IMG/VR virus record: IMGVR_UViG_3300033562_001302 | Strand: one strand, 5' to 3' | DNA length: 64,000 bases | From: an uncultured virus (IMG/VR IMGVR_UViG_3300033562_001302) | Lineage: Duplodnaviria; Heunggongvirae; Uroviricota; Caudoviricetes | Shown: positions 18,804-28,893 of the stretch, piece after piece | Layout: the number at the start of each line of letters is the position of its first letter | How positions within the stretch are numbered: the stretch's first letter is position 1 | The notes under the pieces: generated by a model | Seen by the model: the letters and a program-made list of their open reading frames with translations, nothing else | The model's database searches: none | What the model was told of the DNA's origin: nothing | Program-made: the position numbers and the translations under genes

Positions 18804-19190
18804 TTTTGTATCCTTTTGGATACAAGAAAAACGCGTGGATCCTAAATGATGCCTTTTTTCACTGGGGTTAAACCATTATAAACAAAGGGTTTATGCCTTT
18901 CATATCACTGAAAGCATCCAACTGGATAAAACTGTGTTTTTAAGGTTTTACATATATTTTTAAAATTGTTTTTGCATTTTTGTATCCTTTTGGATAAAAC
19001 TCAAAAATTATTTAAAAATATATAAAAACAAGAAAAACACAGTTTTATCCAAAATGATAAAACTGTACTTAGTATAGAAATACACCTGCAAATTCCAAGA
19101 AGCCTTTGTTTATAATGGTTTCTAAGCCGTGGTCAAAAGGCATCATTTTGGATACATGCGATTTTTCGCTTTTTATCCTTTTGGATAAAA
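18804..19190. repeat. ~390-bp imperfect palindromic element with TATCC-N4-GGATA boxes (copy 1)
   Basis: Arms are reverse complements; 18804-18998 nearly identical to the reverse complement of ~59999-60192. Confidence 0.9.
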
Positions 19191-19282
19191 TCGTGATTTT
19201 TATCAAATTTATCTAAAATAATGATCATTATAAGTATTATAAGAAAAACTTATAATATCAAGGACAAGAAAAGCAAGAATGA

Positions 19283-19969
19283 TTACACCAAATTGGTGTA
19301 ATCATTCTTGATATATAGTTTGCATAATTCAATTATTGAATCAGTTGATGAGGTTGATATAATAGAAATATAATAATCATTGTATTTAACTTTATCAGAC
19401 ATATTGTTGTCTAAAATATTTAACATAGTATCAAATCTATCTTTCTTTTTATCACTAACAATAGATCCTTTAACATTATGCATTAATTTTAGAAAATTAT
19501 CATATTCAGTTTGGGTATTATTCGAAGATTTTAATAAATCTGTTCTAATTGTTGAATTTATTTTATCCAATGCATCATACATATTTTCAATTTCTTGTGT
19601 AACTAAATATTGTTTCAAAAAGTTGTAAGGCATAATAGTTGTGAAGAATCTAATGATATTTTTTAAATATAATCTTCTACTTGATATATCATTGTGTGTC
19701 ATATATTCAGTATCAATATTTAAGAAATTGCTTATACTTGGAATTATTTCTTGCATAAATATTGTAGAAAAATATTCTTCAAACTCATATATAGACATAT
19801 TATCAATATCTTCTTCAAATATTATAAAATTGAAATTTTTAATATCCATATTATTAATCGTATCTAAAACATAATCTAAATATTGATATTTATTATCAAG
19901 CGCATCTATTTTATCGCCAACTGTTAAATCCATATAATCCGTCAAATCTCTTTTTATAAGTGTATTCAT
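19283..19969 (-). CDS. hypothetical protein
   Basis: 228-aa ORF with AAAGG SD. Confidence 0.65.
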   Translation of the reverse strand: MNTLIKRDLTDYMDLTVGDKIDALDNKYQYLDYVLDTINNMDIKNFNFIIFEEDIDNMSIYEFEEYFSTIFMQEIIPSISNFLNIDTEYMTHNDISSRRLYLKNIIRFFTTIMPYNFLKQYLVTQEIENMYDALDKINSTIRTDLLKSSNNTQTEYDNFLKLMHNVKGSIVSDKKKDRFDTMLNILDNNMSDKVKYNDYYISIISTSSTDSIIELCKLYIKNDYTNLV

Positions 19970-20227
19970 TTTAAACCTTTTCGTGTAATCTTTTTTATTA
20001 TGCTTGTTATTTCTCTAGTATATTTTAAGCATCAATATGGATAATTTGTTGAACATCTCTGTATAAAAAAATAATATACATCAATGATAATACAAAATCT
20101 TTATATAGAAATGAAACATGTCTTTGAAAAATATAAATTACAATTTCATTCTAACAAATCAATCATACGCTTATAAAAATTACAAAATTATAAAACTACA
20201 AAAACCAAAAAGGAAAAGGAAAACTAA

Positions 20228-21409
20228 ATGCGAATAGAAAACCATGCATGTAATCTCGATGTTGTATCAATATATACAGGAAAAGATAAATTAAAATTGA
20301 TTAAACAAAAAGCAACAGATATTCAATTACACGATGTCAAAACCATATATAAAGTTTTGAGTAAAAATGATAAAAATTGGACAAAAGAAACTATATTTGG
20401 TCCAGGTTATTTTAATAATAAAACAAACTTTTTATTAGGAAATGAAAACAGTATAGTTATACTAGATAAAGATTTAAATATTTTACAATCACCTGATAAT
20501 AATATAGACAATATTATAGATAAAGATGATTTATTTATTTTGTATCCTATTCCTTGTTTTAATTTAAAACAAAATGATTCTATTATATATAAGGATTTAA
20601 ATACTAAAGAAGAGTTAGAAATAATGCTTGATTCAAATCTTGGTTACACATTAGGAAAATTTTTAGCAGAAAACTCACATAAAGAAGTTATTCATCCTAA
20701 TCAAAATTTTTTGAAATTAATTATTGATACAAAAAATGGTCTAAGTATAAATAAAAACTTTTTGATTAATTCTAATCCTGAATTCTTAATAAGTATTTTA
20801 AAAGGATATTATTATAATAATAAATCAAGTGATTGTAATTTCATTATTAATAAAGATGTAAACTTATACATATTTACAAATATTTTAAATTATCTAGGAG
20901 CTAGTTATAGTATTCGAAAAAAAGACAATGGTTTAAAACTCATTTTTCAACTACCACATATTTTTAAAGATATTATAGATAATCGATTTATTAAGAAAGA
21001 ATATTATTCTACATACTTTAATAAAATTGAGTTGAATAACACAGGAATTGCGCTAGATGCATCTCATGATATATTAGAAACAACTAATTGTAAAAACATA
21101 CTAATTCCAGTTAATTCCTTGTTATTTGAGGAAGTTACACAAGATGAATCATACTTTGATTTAACAATGTATGATTTAACTGCTGAAAATTTACATGCTA
21201 CTAATTACGCTTTACCATTTACACCTTTCTTAAAAAATAGTGATGGAGATATTTTAACAATCGCCGGATTATTTCTACAAGAAGCAAATGATGATATGAA
21301 AACATTTTCGCCTGAATCAAAAGATTTTTACAAAAGTCTAAATGATGGTACAATTACAAACTGGATAGCAGATGATGCAATTCTTGGATTATATGCTAGT
21401 ACTAAATAA
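20228..21409 (+). CDS. split-intein C-part (with degenerate LAGLIDADG region) fused to RNAP beta' segment beginning SDGD
   Basis: MYDLT..NY..FLKN|SDGDILTI..QEA..NDG..DDAILGLYASTK aligns by eye to beta' FDGDQMAV..LEA..ANG..QDVVLGLYYMT. Confidence 0.8.
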   Translation: MRIENHACNLDVVSIYTGKDKLKLIKQKATDIQLHDVKTIYKVLSKNDKNWTKETIFGPGYFNNKTNFLLGNENSIVILDKDLNILQSPDNNIDNIIDKDDLFILYPIPCFNLKQNDSIIYKDLNTKEELEIMLDSNLGYTLGKFLAENSHKEVIHPNQNFLKLIIDTKNGLSINKNFLINSNPEFLISILKGYYYNNKSSDCNFIINKDVNLYIFTNILNYLGASYSIRKKDNGLKLIFQLPHIFKDIIDNRFIKKEYYSTYFNKIELNNTGIALDASHDILETTNCKNILIPVNSLLFEEVTQDESYFDLTMYDLTAENLHATNYALPFTPFLKNSDGDILTIAGLFLQEANDDMKTFSPESKDFYKSLNDGTITNWIADDAILGLYASTK

Positions 21410-21466
21410 TATCAAAATTACAATAACTATACAATAAATAACAACAACAATAAAAGGACAATAATA

Positions 21467-24400
21467 ATGACTTTAGATCAAAACACACAAGTAAGCGCGT
21501 TCGCTCCAGCAAGTACCAACAAAACATTTGAAATCGGTTCACATTTTAATATAGCTGATATAAAATTATATTTTGAGAGAGTTCTAGGAAAAAAACAATT
21601 AAATGATGACGAAACAATAAGAATAACCTTTGATTCATATTCTTGGTCAGATACGCTTAAAGACTATGATATAGGAGGAGTACTTACATCAAAAGAACAG
21701 TTAAAAAGTGTAGATGAAGTTATAAATTTTATGGCTTTACATACTTGTCCTGAAAATAGAACTGGGAAAGACAAGAGAAATATATCAGATGAGTTAAAAA
21801 ATAAATTAGGTTATTCTATATCAGCATCAACTTATAAATATATAGGCCCAGATGAGAACGGTAATCTTAATGCTCCAGGTTTAGCAACAATGATTAGTAC
21901 ACAAACTTTTGTTCTTGATTTAGATGCAAGAGTATCATCAGAAAGAACTTCAGCTCGTTACGCATTTAATAATGCTACACTTGAAACAAAACAAGCTGCT
22001 GCTGGTTATTTAATAGGTCTTATTAATACAATGCTTACTGATAATAATTCAATGGATTGGTATTTAGTACCATCATATGTTTATGAAACAGGTGGAGGGT
22101 TACAATTCTTATTCAAATTTACTAACAACTTATCAAAAGATGATGCTACTCAAATTTATACTACTTTAAAACATACATTAGAAGATGTTTTAGAAAAATA
22201 TAAAAATAGTTTTAAATTTTATATGCAAGACATATTAGGTGTAAGACCTGTATATTTTGAAATTGACTTTAGTACATTTGATGTTACACATACACAAAGA
22301 ATAGGTGGAACTAGAAATCCTAAAAAAATGTATGCAGGTGCAATGGCTAAAGAATTACCATTAAACTTTAAAAATAGAGAGGATATAACAACAATAATTG
22401 AAAATTATTCAGATGCCTTTAAAAATAATTCAGAAGAATTGTATTTAGAATATAAAGCAAATTTTGATTATAGAATGATGGGTGCTATAACACCTGAGGC
22501 TAAAGCTGAAATAGGTTTAATGATTGATAAAGCTACATATGATGACAGAATTATTAAATATTCATCAGCTCTAATATTGAATTCTTATAATTTTTATATC
22601 AAAGCAACACATCATTATAATAAGATTTATTATTCACAAATACCTAGAGAAGATTATGCAACATATGTTAATACTTTTAATATGCTTGTTGAAGCAAAAG
22701 CACAAAATAAACAAGTTGATCAATTTGTATATGAATATTATGATATGTTATTACAAAATTTATATATTCCATCAGAATCACTTTTAGTTGATTGTAAATT
22801 AATAACAAACAAACATACTTCTGAAAATTCTGTGAATTCTAATATAATGGATCCAGCTAACATTGGTGTTTATGAACTATTATCAAAATTAACACCTTAT
22901 CAACAATTACAAATTTTTAAAAGTAAACTAAAAGGTGAAGTAACTGGATCAAAATATAATAAATATTTATGTCCTTTTCATGAAGAAACAAATACACCAT
23001 CATTAGCAATTTATCACTTAGGAGCAACTTCTCCAAAAAATGATGTACCTGCTAATAAAAATCTATATGTGTATGATTATCATGATGGTAAAAGTTATGA
23101 TGTTGTAACATTTATAGAAGCTCTTTATTTAAAAGAAAGAGGAGAGCCTGTTGCAAGAGGAACTATATTAAATGAAATTGCTTTAGATTATAATATAACA
23201 CTAACTAAAAGTGATAGAAAATTATTTAATGAGGCTGAAACTGCTTCTAAAGTTGAAGATCTTATTGCACTTATTGATACTGATAATTATATGTATTATA
23301 GAAAAGCTAATAAATCTAAAGATTGTATTATTAGAGAATTTGAAGACGGTACTTATGTAACATTTGATGGAACTAAAATGATGGCAGAACATGTTTTAGA
23401 ATCTTATCTAAAAGTTCAAAATGTTAATCACGAATTTAAAAACTCATTTCATGATATATTCTGTAATAAAATCTTAAAAAATAGATTTGAAAAGTTTAAA
23501 CCTAATTATCCTCATGAATTTGTAGAAAGAAAAAATTCATATGTTAATCTATGGGTTCCTGGAAAAGCTTATAAAGAGGTTCATGAAATGGCTGAAGATA
23601 TACCATTTATGGATATATCTACTGCTATAGAATTAATTAAAGTAACATTACCTACTTCTTGGATATTTTTAAATCAATTAACACAAAAAGGAAGTTTAGA
23701 ATATTTTGTAAATTGGCTTGCTTGTGTAGCACAATATAAAGTTATGCCTACTTTACCTATTATTACATCAGTTCAAGGAACAGGTAAAAATGTTTTTGTT
23801 AGAGAATGGTTAGAATATTATTTAAATAATGAATATGTTAATATAGCAACATCTGAAAAGATTCAAAGTAATTTTAATGCATTTATGGAAACAAGTTCAA
23901 TGATAGTATTGGATGAGGGTGACTTTAGTAGATCAAAAGAAGTAGATCAATTAAAATATTTAACAGGTAATGATAAAGTTACAGTAGAGAAAAAAGGTGT
24001 TGATAGTCAACAACTTCAAAGATATTTTAATATGATTATGCTTACTAACGGTGAATGTCCTATGATGCATACATATGATGATAGAAGAGTTACTTATTTT
24101 AGATTAGAAGTTAAATTATTAACTACGGTATTAGAAGCCGGTTTTGCTTCAATTGAAGATTTTATAGAAACTCTCAGAACCGAAGTAACAATGTTTTGGG
24201 CAATTTTAGTAAAAACAAAAATAGAACATAAATGGTCACATAATAATTTACAAGATAATGTTTTTAATAAACAATTATTAATGATGCATCCTTTTGGTAA
24301 ACTGGTTACTAAAATTATTGAAGGAGATTGGGATACAATTGAATTCCAATTAAATGAAAATGTACAAGATAGAACTGTTATGGCGAACAATAATGATATG

Positions 24401-24856
24401 ATTAATGAAATTAAAAATAATTATCACAATGCAGGGATGATTAGTATGGATTTAATTAATAAGTACATACATAGTTTAAATTATAAATCACATAGAAATG
24501 TTATTGAATATATAAACGCTAATCAATTACATAGATTTGGTATAGAAGTTATTAAGCATGATGGTTTTATGAAGATGAAGATTGATAAAACGAAAATTAT
24601 AGAAAAAACAACTATTGATAATAATATTGGTAAATTGTTTGAAAAATTTAATTCTGATAATATAAATGATACTTTAAATTTAAAAAGATCACATGATTCA
24701 GATGAAGCTAATTCTGGTAATTTAAGCACAAATAATGCTCCAGGTATATATTCAAACCTTTCTTCAACAGCTAATAGTAATCCGCTAGGTATACCTTTAA
24801 ATTTAGGAAGTCTAACTCCACCAGCGTTAAATAATATTGATAATAATTTAATGTAA
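21467..24856 (+). CDS. primase-helicase (AEP/PrimPol-like N-terminus, CPFH Zn finger, SF3/DUF5906 helicase)
   Basis: VLDLD, ETGGGLQ, RIGGTRNPK; CPFHEE; QGTGKN, IVLDE, EKKGVD, DRR. Confidence 0.85.
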   Translation: MTLDQNTQVSAFAPASTNKTFEIGSHFNIADIKLYFERVLGKKQLNDDETIRITFDSYSWSDTLKDYDIGGVLTSKEQLKSVDEVINFMALHTCPENRTGKDKRNISDELKNKLGYSISASTYKYIGPDENGNLNAPGLATMISTQTFVLDLDARVSSERTSARYAFNNATLETKQAAAGYLIGLINTMLTDNNSMDWYLVPSYVYETGGGLQFLFKFTNNLSKDDATQIYTTLKHTLEDVLEKYKNSFKFYMQDILGVRPVYFEIDFSTFDVTHTQRIGGTRNPKKMYAGAMAKELPLNFKNREDITTIIENYSDAFKNNSEELYLEYKANFDYRMMGAITPEAKAEIGLMIDKATYDDRIIKYSSALILNSYNFYIKATHHYNKIYYSQIPREDYATYVNTFNMLVEAKAQNKQVDQFVYEYYDMLLQNLYIPSESLLVDCKLITNKHTSENSVNSNIMDPANIGVYELLSKLTPYQQLQIFKSKLKGEVTGSKYNKYLCPFHEETNTPSLAIYHLGATSPKNDVPANKNLYVYDYHDGKSYDVVTFIEALYLKERGEPVARGTILNEIALDYNITLTKSDRKLFNEAETASKVEDLIALIDTDNYMYYRKANKSKDCIIREFEDGTYVTFDGTKMMAEHVLESYLKVQNVNHEFKNSFHDIFCNKILKNRFEKFKPNYPHEFVERKNSYVNLWVPGKAYKEVHEMAEDIPFMDISTAIELIKVTLPTSWIFLNQLTQKGSLEYFVNWLACVAQYKVMPTLPIITSVQGTGKNVFVREWLEYYLNNEYVNIATSEKIQSNFNAFMETSSMIVLDEGDFSRSKEVDQLKYLTGNDKVTVEKKGVDSQQLQRYFNMIMLTNGECPMMHTYDDRRVTYFRLEVKLLTTVLEAGFASIEDFIETLRTEVTMFWAILVKTKIEHKWSHNNLQDNVFNKQLLMMHPFGKLVTKIIEGDWDTIEFQLNENVQDRTVMANNNDMINEIKNNYHNAGMISMDLINKYIHSLNYKSHRNVIEYINANQLHRFGIEVIKHDGFMKMKIDKTKIIEKTTIDNNIGKLFEKFNSDNINDTLNLKRSHDSDEANSGNLSTNNAPGIYSNLSSTANSNPLGIPLNLGSLTPPALNNIDNNLM

Positions 24857-24903
24857 ACAAATAATTAGACAAATTACAACAACAATTAAGGAAATATCAA
24901 AGA

Positions 24904-26193
24904 ATGTTTAAAATATATAATATTAATGATTTTATATCAAAAAATAAATGCTTAGAGGTTACAAACCTCTGGTCGTTTGATAAAGATCAAACAGCAACTG
25001 ATGATGGTTTATATAGTAAGAGAATTTTCGGGCTTACTCAAAAAGAACAATCTGAAAAATATGGCTACATAAGTTTAAAACAAAATATAGTACATCCTAG
25101 AGCTTTTATATTATTATCTGAATTTTCATCACTCTTTCCTAAGGTTATATTAAGTGAAAAGAAAGCTGTAATAACTAATGGAATGTTAGTTGAAAACATT
25201 TCAGGTGGAAGTGGACCAGGATGGTTGTTTGAAAATTGGATGAAAATAGATTGGTCCAAATATGATAAAGGTGGAAAAAATTTAGATAAGATAGATTATT
25301 TTAAAAAGGTTAAACGAGATTTAATATTTATAAATAAATTTTTGGTGATTCCTGTTCGTTATAGACCTTATAAAGAAGAACATGGTAGAATTGTTGAAGA
25401 TGAATTATCAGGCTTATATAAAAAGGTTTTAAGTAGAGCCGGAACACAAACAGGTGATAATGAGTTCATGCAAAAGATTATGCAAACTTCATCTAAAGGT
25501 TCTATTATTCAGAAAGCATTAAATGAAGTTGAAGACTTTTTACTTGAAGAATTACGAGATAAAACTGGGCGTGTAAGAGGTTCACTTGTATCTAAAAAAA
25601 TGGATAACGTTGCAAGACTTGTAGCGAATGCAAGACCTGATGTACCATTTAATTGTGCAGCTATTCCTTGGCAAACACTTATAAATGTTTTTGACGCTTA
25701 TGTTGTAAGTATGATTTATGATAGAACTTTAGAAACAAATTGGGCAAAAGAATTGAATGTTGAGGAATACAATTATACAAATATTGCAGATCACTTAACA
25801 TTTATATATCATAATGCAGATACTTATACACAAACTAATCCTGGACTTAGAGAAAAATGGATTCAACTTTTAAAAGAAATGTTTGAGATGTATCCTGATT
25901 TAACAATCATTGGTAAACGGGATCCGGCATGGAATAAGCAATCTTACTTTGCTGTGAAGCCGATTATAATGACAGATAATAGTTATCATATTGTATTGAA
26001 TAGTTTATTATATAAACCATTAGGTGGTGATAGTTTTAATACAAATTTTACTTTGAAAGTCAAAGATGATAACACTATTCTAAAAGATCAAAACGGTTCT
26101 TTATTTATTAAAGATTCAAAACAAAGTTATCAAATAAAATCTATGCAAAAAATATTTTCAGCGATTAAAAATGAAAATGATTTTAAGTTCTAA
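24904..26193 (+). CDS. RNA polymerase beta' N-terminal part fused to split-intein N-part
   Basis: GLYSKRIFG, PVRYRP, KTGRVRGSLVSKK, RDPAW, ends beta' homology at PLGGD followed by 53-aa Ser-initiated tail. Confidence 0.85.
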   Translation: MFKIYNINDFISKNKCLEVTNLWSFDKDQTATDDGLYSKRIFGLTQKEQSEKYGYISLKQNIVHPRAFILLSEFSSLFPKVILSEKKAVITNGMLVENISGGSGPGWLFENWMKIDWSKYDKGGKNLDKIDYFKKVKRDLIFINKFLVIPVRYRPYKEEHGRIVEDELSGLYKKVLSRAGTQTGDNEFMQKIMQTSSKGSIIQKALNEVEDFLLEELRDKTGRVRGSLVSKKMDNVARLVANARPDVPFNCAAIPWQTLINVFDAYVVSMIYDRTLETNWAKELNVEEYNYTNIADHLTFIYHNADTYTQTNPGLREKWIQLLKEMFEMYPDLTIIGKRDPAWNKQSYFAVKPIIMTDNSYHIVLNSLLYKPLGGDSFNTNFTLKVKDDNTILKDQNGSLFIKDSKQSYQIKSMQKIFSAIKNENDFKF

Positions 26194-26203
26194 AGGAAGT
26201 TAA

Positions 26204-27346
26204 GTGAAACCAATATTAAATCAATCATATGTATATCCCGAACATACAAAAATACCAAATTGGGTCTTAACAAAATTAAATAGTTTTCATTTAAGATTAA
26301 AACAAGATACAGACAAGTATTCAAATCTAGATATTCTAAAAGATAATATTAAAGAAAATTTAGAGGAAAATATTTTATATAAATATAAAATAACTAAAGC
26401 TCTCAGTAAAAAAGTTATTGGAGAAATATTAAAACATTATGACAATTCTTTCACAAATGAAATTGAATTTATGTGGTGGTATTATATATTAATGCAAGCT
26501 GGATTTACATTAAGTTCTGTTATACCAACAAGTTTTCAACCAGAAGCTCTTATATTACCTGATCAATTTAGAATAGAAAAAGATGAAATAATTTTGAAAT
26601 ATAATAATTCAAAGAAAACACCAAATGATGCTATTAAATTTCAAGAATCGATATCAAAATTAGCTAATAATGTTAAGAAATATTTTGAAGAGCAAGATAT
26701 TTCAATTGTTGATATGATGAATTCGGGTGCTAAAGGTGATACATCTCATATTCAATCTTTATTACTTGCTGTAGGATTAAGTATTGATAGTTACAATGAA
26801 ATAAATGATGTTATAGATAATGCTCACACAGAAGGATTAAGTCAAACACAATTCTTTAATGGTTCGAGTCAAGGTATTCAAGCATTGTATGCTAAATCAA
26901 GCGAGACAGCAAAACCCGGATATTTAGGTAGAAAACTTTCTAGTGTTGGAGAAAATATAAAATTATCAAAAGATAAAGATTGTGGTAGTACTAGATTTTT
27001 AGAATTTAAAGTACAAACACAGGATGTATTTCAATCAATTGTAGGACGATATCAAAAAACAGCTTTTGGCTTATCAGTTATAACTGATAAAGATAAGCTT
27101 GTTGGCGAAATTGTTAAAATAAGGTCACCTTTATTTTGTAAATCAATAGATGGAATATGTCAAACATGTTATAATAAACAATATATAGATAATTGGCGTT
27201 TAAAAGCTGGAGCTAATATTGGATTACTTGCTTCAACTGGTTTAACAGGTGAGTTTGTTAATATAACACTTAAAAAATCACATGTCGGTGTTGGTCTCGA
27301 TAAAGTCGAGGTTGACTTAAATAAAGAGTTTGAACAGATGTCTTAA
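26204..27346 (+). CDS. RNA polymerase beta' middle part (bridge helix, trigger loop)
   Basis: SGAKG, EGLS..QFF, TAKPGYLGRKL, DCGS, RSPLFC..GICQTCY, NIGLLA..TLKKSHVG. Confidence 0.9.
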   Translation: MKPILNQSYVYPEHTKIPNWVLTKLNSFHLRLKQDTDKYSNLDILKDNIKENLEENILYKYKITKALSKKVIGEILKHYDNSFTNEIEFMWWYYILMQAGFTLSSVIPTSFQPEALILPDQFRIEKDEIILKYNNSKKTPNDAIKFQESISKLANNVKKYFEEQDISIVDMMNSGAKGDTSHIQSLLLAVGLSIDSYNEINDVIDNAHTEGLSQTQFFNGSSQGIQALYAKSSETAKPGYLGRKLSSVGENIKLSKDKDCGSTRFLEFKVQTQDVFQSIVGRYQKTAFGLSVITDKDKLVGEIVKIRSPLFCKSIDGICQTCYNKQYIDNWRLKAGANIGLLASTGLTGEFVNITLKKSHVGVGLDKVEVDLNKEFEQMS

Positions 27347-27410
27347 ACTCTTTTAATGTTAACAAATATGTGTTGACAAAATTAAAAAACAAAAAACAAA
27401 AGGATATATT

Positions 27411-27797
27411 ATGGCAAAAGATAGAAACTCAAAAGATTTCAATAACGATGGTGAAGTATCAATAGCTGAAGAACTTCAATACGCACAAGAAGTTGTTATG
27501 GAAACAGTTACAGATACAGTTGAAAAAGCAGAAGAAGTTGTTAATGATGTAGTTGCAGACATTACAGAAACTATTGATACAGCTGTTGAAAAAACAGAAG
27601 AGGTAATTGATGAAGCTGCTATTAAAGTTAATGAAACAATCGAAACAGTTACCGAAACAGTTACTGAAAAAACAGAAGAAGTAATTGAAACAATTAATAC
27701 AATTACTGAAAAAGTTAAAGAAGTTGTTGTTGATGGAGCAAAAATTGCAGCTAGCTTCCCAAGAGTTGTTAAAAATACATCATCATTTTCATTCTAA
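27411..27797 (+). CDS. acidic Thr/Val/Glu-repeat protein with EF-hand-like loop
   Basis: DFNNDGEVSIAEE; repeated (V/T)EK(T/A)EEV. Confidence 0.65.
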   Translation: MAKDRNSKDFNNDGEVSIAEELQYAQEVVMETVTDTVEKAEEVVNDVVADITETIDTAVEKTEEVIDEAAIKVNETIETVTETVTEKTEEVIETINTITEKVKEVVVDGAKIAASFPRVVKNTSSFSF

Positions 27798-27802
27798 TAA
27801 TA

Positions 27803-27874
27803 TGAATTAAACCTAAAAAGGTTTAATTCAGTGATAACATTTTAATGCACTATTATGTTATCACTGAATTAAAC
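27803..27874. terminator. overlapping alternative hairpins
   Basis: 12-bp stem 27803-27830 overlapping 20-bp stem 27821-27874. Confidence 0.55.
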
Positions 27875-27896
27875 ACAAACATTTTAAAGGATCAAC

Positions 27897-28127
27897 ATGA
27901 CAATAACAATAAATAAACAATCACTTATTGAAGAGGCTAAAAAGTGGGAAAATATTCCGTGTGATGGTTTAGAAAATCATGATGGTGTATCATGTGGTGC
28001 ACAAATAAAACGAGGTAAACAAACAGGAAACTTCTTTGTTTACACTCATCGAGCTAGATCAAATTATTATGATTCATTGAGTAAGATACCTCAAAGTAAA
28101 ATAAAATCAGTAGCAAGTACTGGTTAA
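27897..28127 (+). CDS. putative internal head protein (INKxxLxE leader)
   Basis: MTITINKQSLIEE leader. Confidence 0.6.
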   Translation: MTITINKQSLIEEAKKWENIPCDGLENHDGVSCGAQIKRGKQTGNFFVYTHRARSNYYDSLSKIPQSKIKSVASTG

Positions 28128-28139
28128 TAAGGAATAAGA

Positions 28140-28874
28140 ATGATAATAAAGATTAATAAACAATTGTTACTTGAGGCAACAATCATAGATAAACTCTCTA
28201 ATTTTTTTAAAGATATAAAGACTAAATTTTTCAATAAAAGGTTTAAATATTTGAAAGAAGATGATATAAAAACTCTGATGATTTTTATATACAAACATTA
28301 TTATCGTAATCAATCTATTTCTACATCAGACTTTAAAAAATTAAAAATTATTTTTGAAAAAATAAAAGAATCTAGTGAAAAACCTGTTCAGAAAAAATTA
28401 TATAGAGGATTATCATTTATATCAGAAAGAGATTTAAATTCCTTTATAAAGGCTTCGAAGAAAGATGGAATCATTGGACACTCTGATAGAGAGTATGCTT
28501 CGTGGTCATCTAATATAAATATTGCTAAAAAGTTTTGTGAAGATATTCCTGGTAATTATATACCAAGAGCTCATAAGTTTGGTATAATGCTTGAACTATC
28601 AGATAAGGAAGTTATTAATAAACAGTTTGTTTTTAGTATGGAATCGTTTTTAGAAAATGTAGATGAAAAGAAAGAATTTATAAAATTTATATATCAAAAA
28701 CAATTTGAAAAAAATATACAATTGATAGATGATACAAAAAGATTATCAAGTCTTGATCCACATAAAATGGTTGGAGAATTTCATGGAACTTTATATTCTG
28801 TAATGGAATATGAATATATATTAAACACAATTCCGTGGGATAGTGTTAAATATACAATACATAAATTTGATTAA
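28140..28874 (+). CDS. ADP-ribosyltransferase (R-S-E class, Alt/Mod-like) with INKxxLxE leader
   Basis: KLYRG, ASWS, EYE motifs; MIIKINKQLLLE leader. Confidence 0.7.
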   Translation: MIIKINKQLLLEATIIDKLSNFFKDIKTKFFNKRFKYLKEDDIKTLMIFIYKHYYRNQSISTSDFKKLKIIFEKIKESSEKPVQKKLYRGLSFISERDLNSFIKASKKDGIIGHSDREYASWSSNINIAKKFCEDIPGNYIPRAHKFGIMLELSDKEVINKQFVFSMESFLENVDEKKEFIKFIYQKQFEKNIQLIDDTKRLSSLDPHKMVGEFHGTLYSVMEYEYILNTIPWDSVKYTIHKFD

Positions 28875-28893
28875 ATAAAAAGGAAAAATTTAA

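Noticed and set aside
18804..19190. CRISPR array interpretation of the box repeats (also 59814-60196)
   Set aside because: Units are inverted and irregularly spaced, intervening sequence is itself repeated, and no cas genes are seen.
26032..26203. Frameshift or group I intron explaining the missing DGD
   Set aside because: The missing segment is present 4.8 kb upstream behind an intein-like C-terminus, and the next gene starts only 10 nt after the stop.
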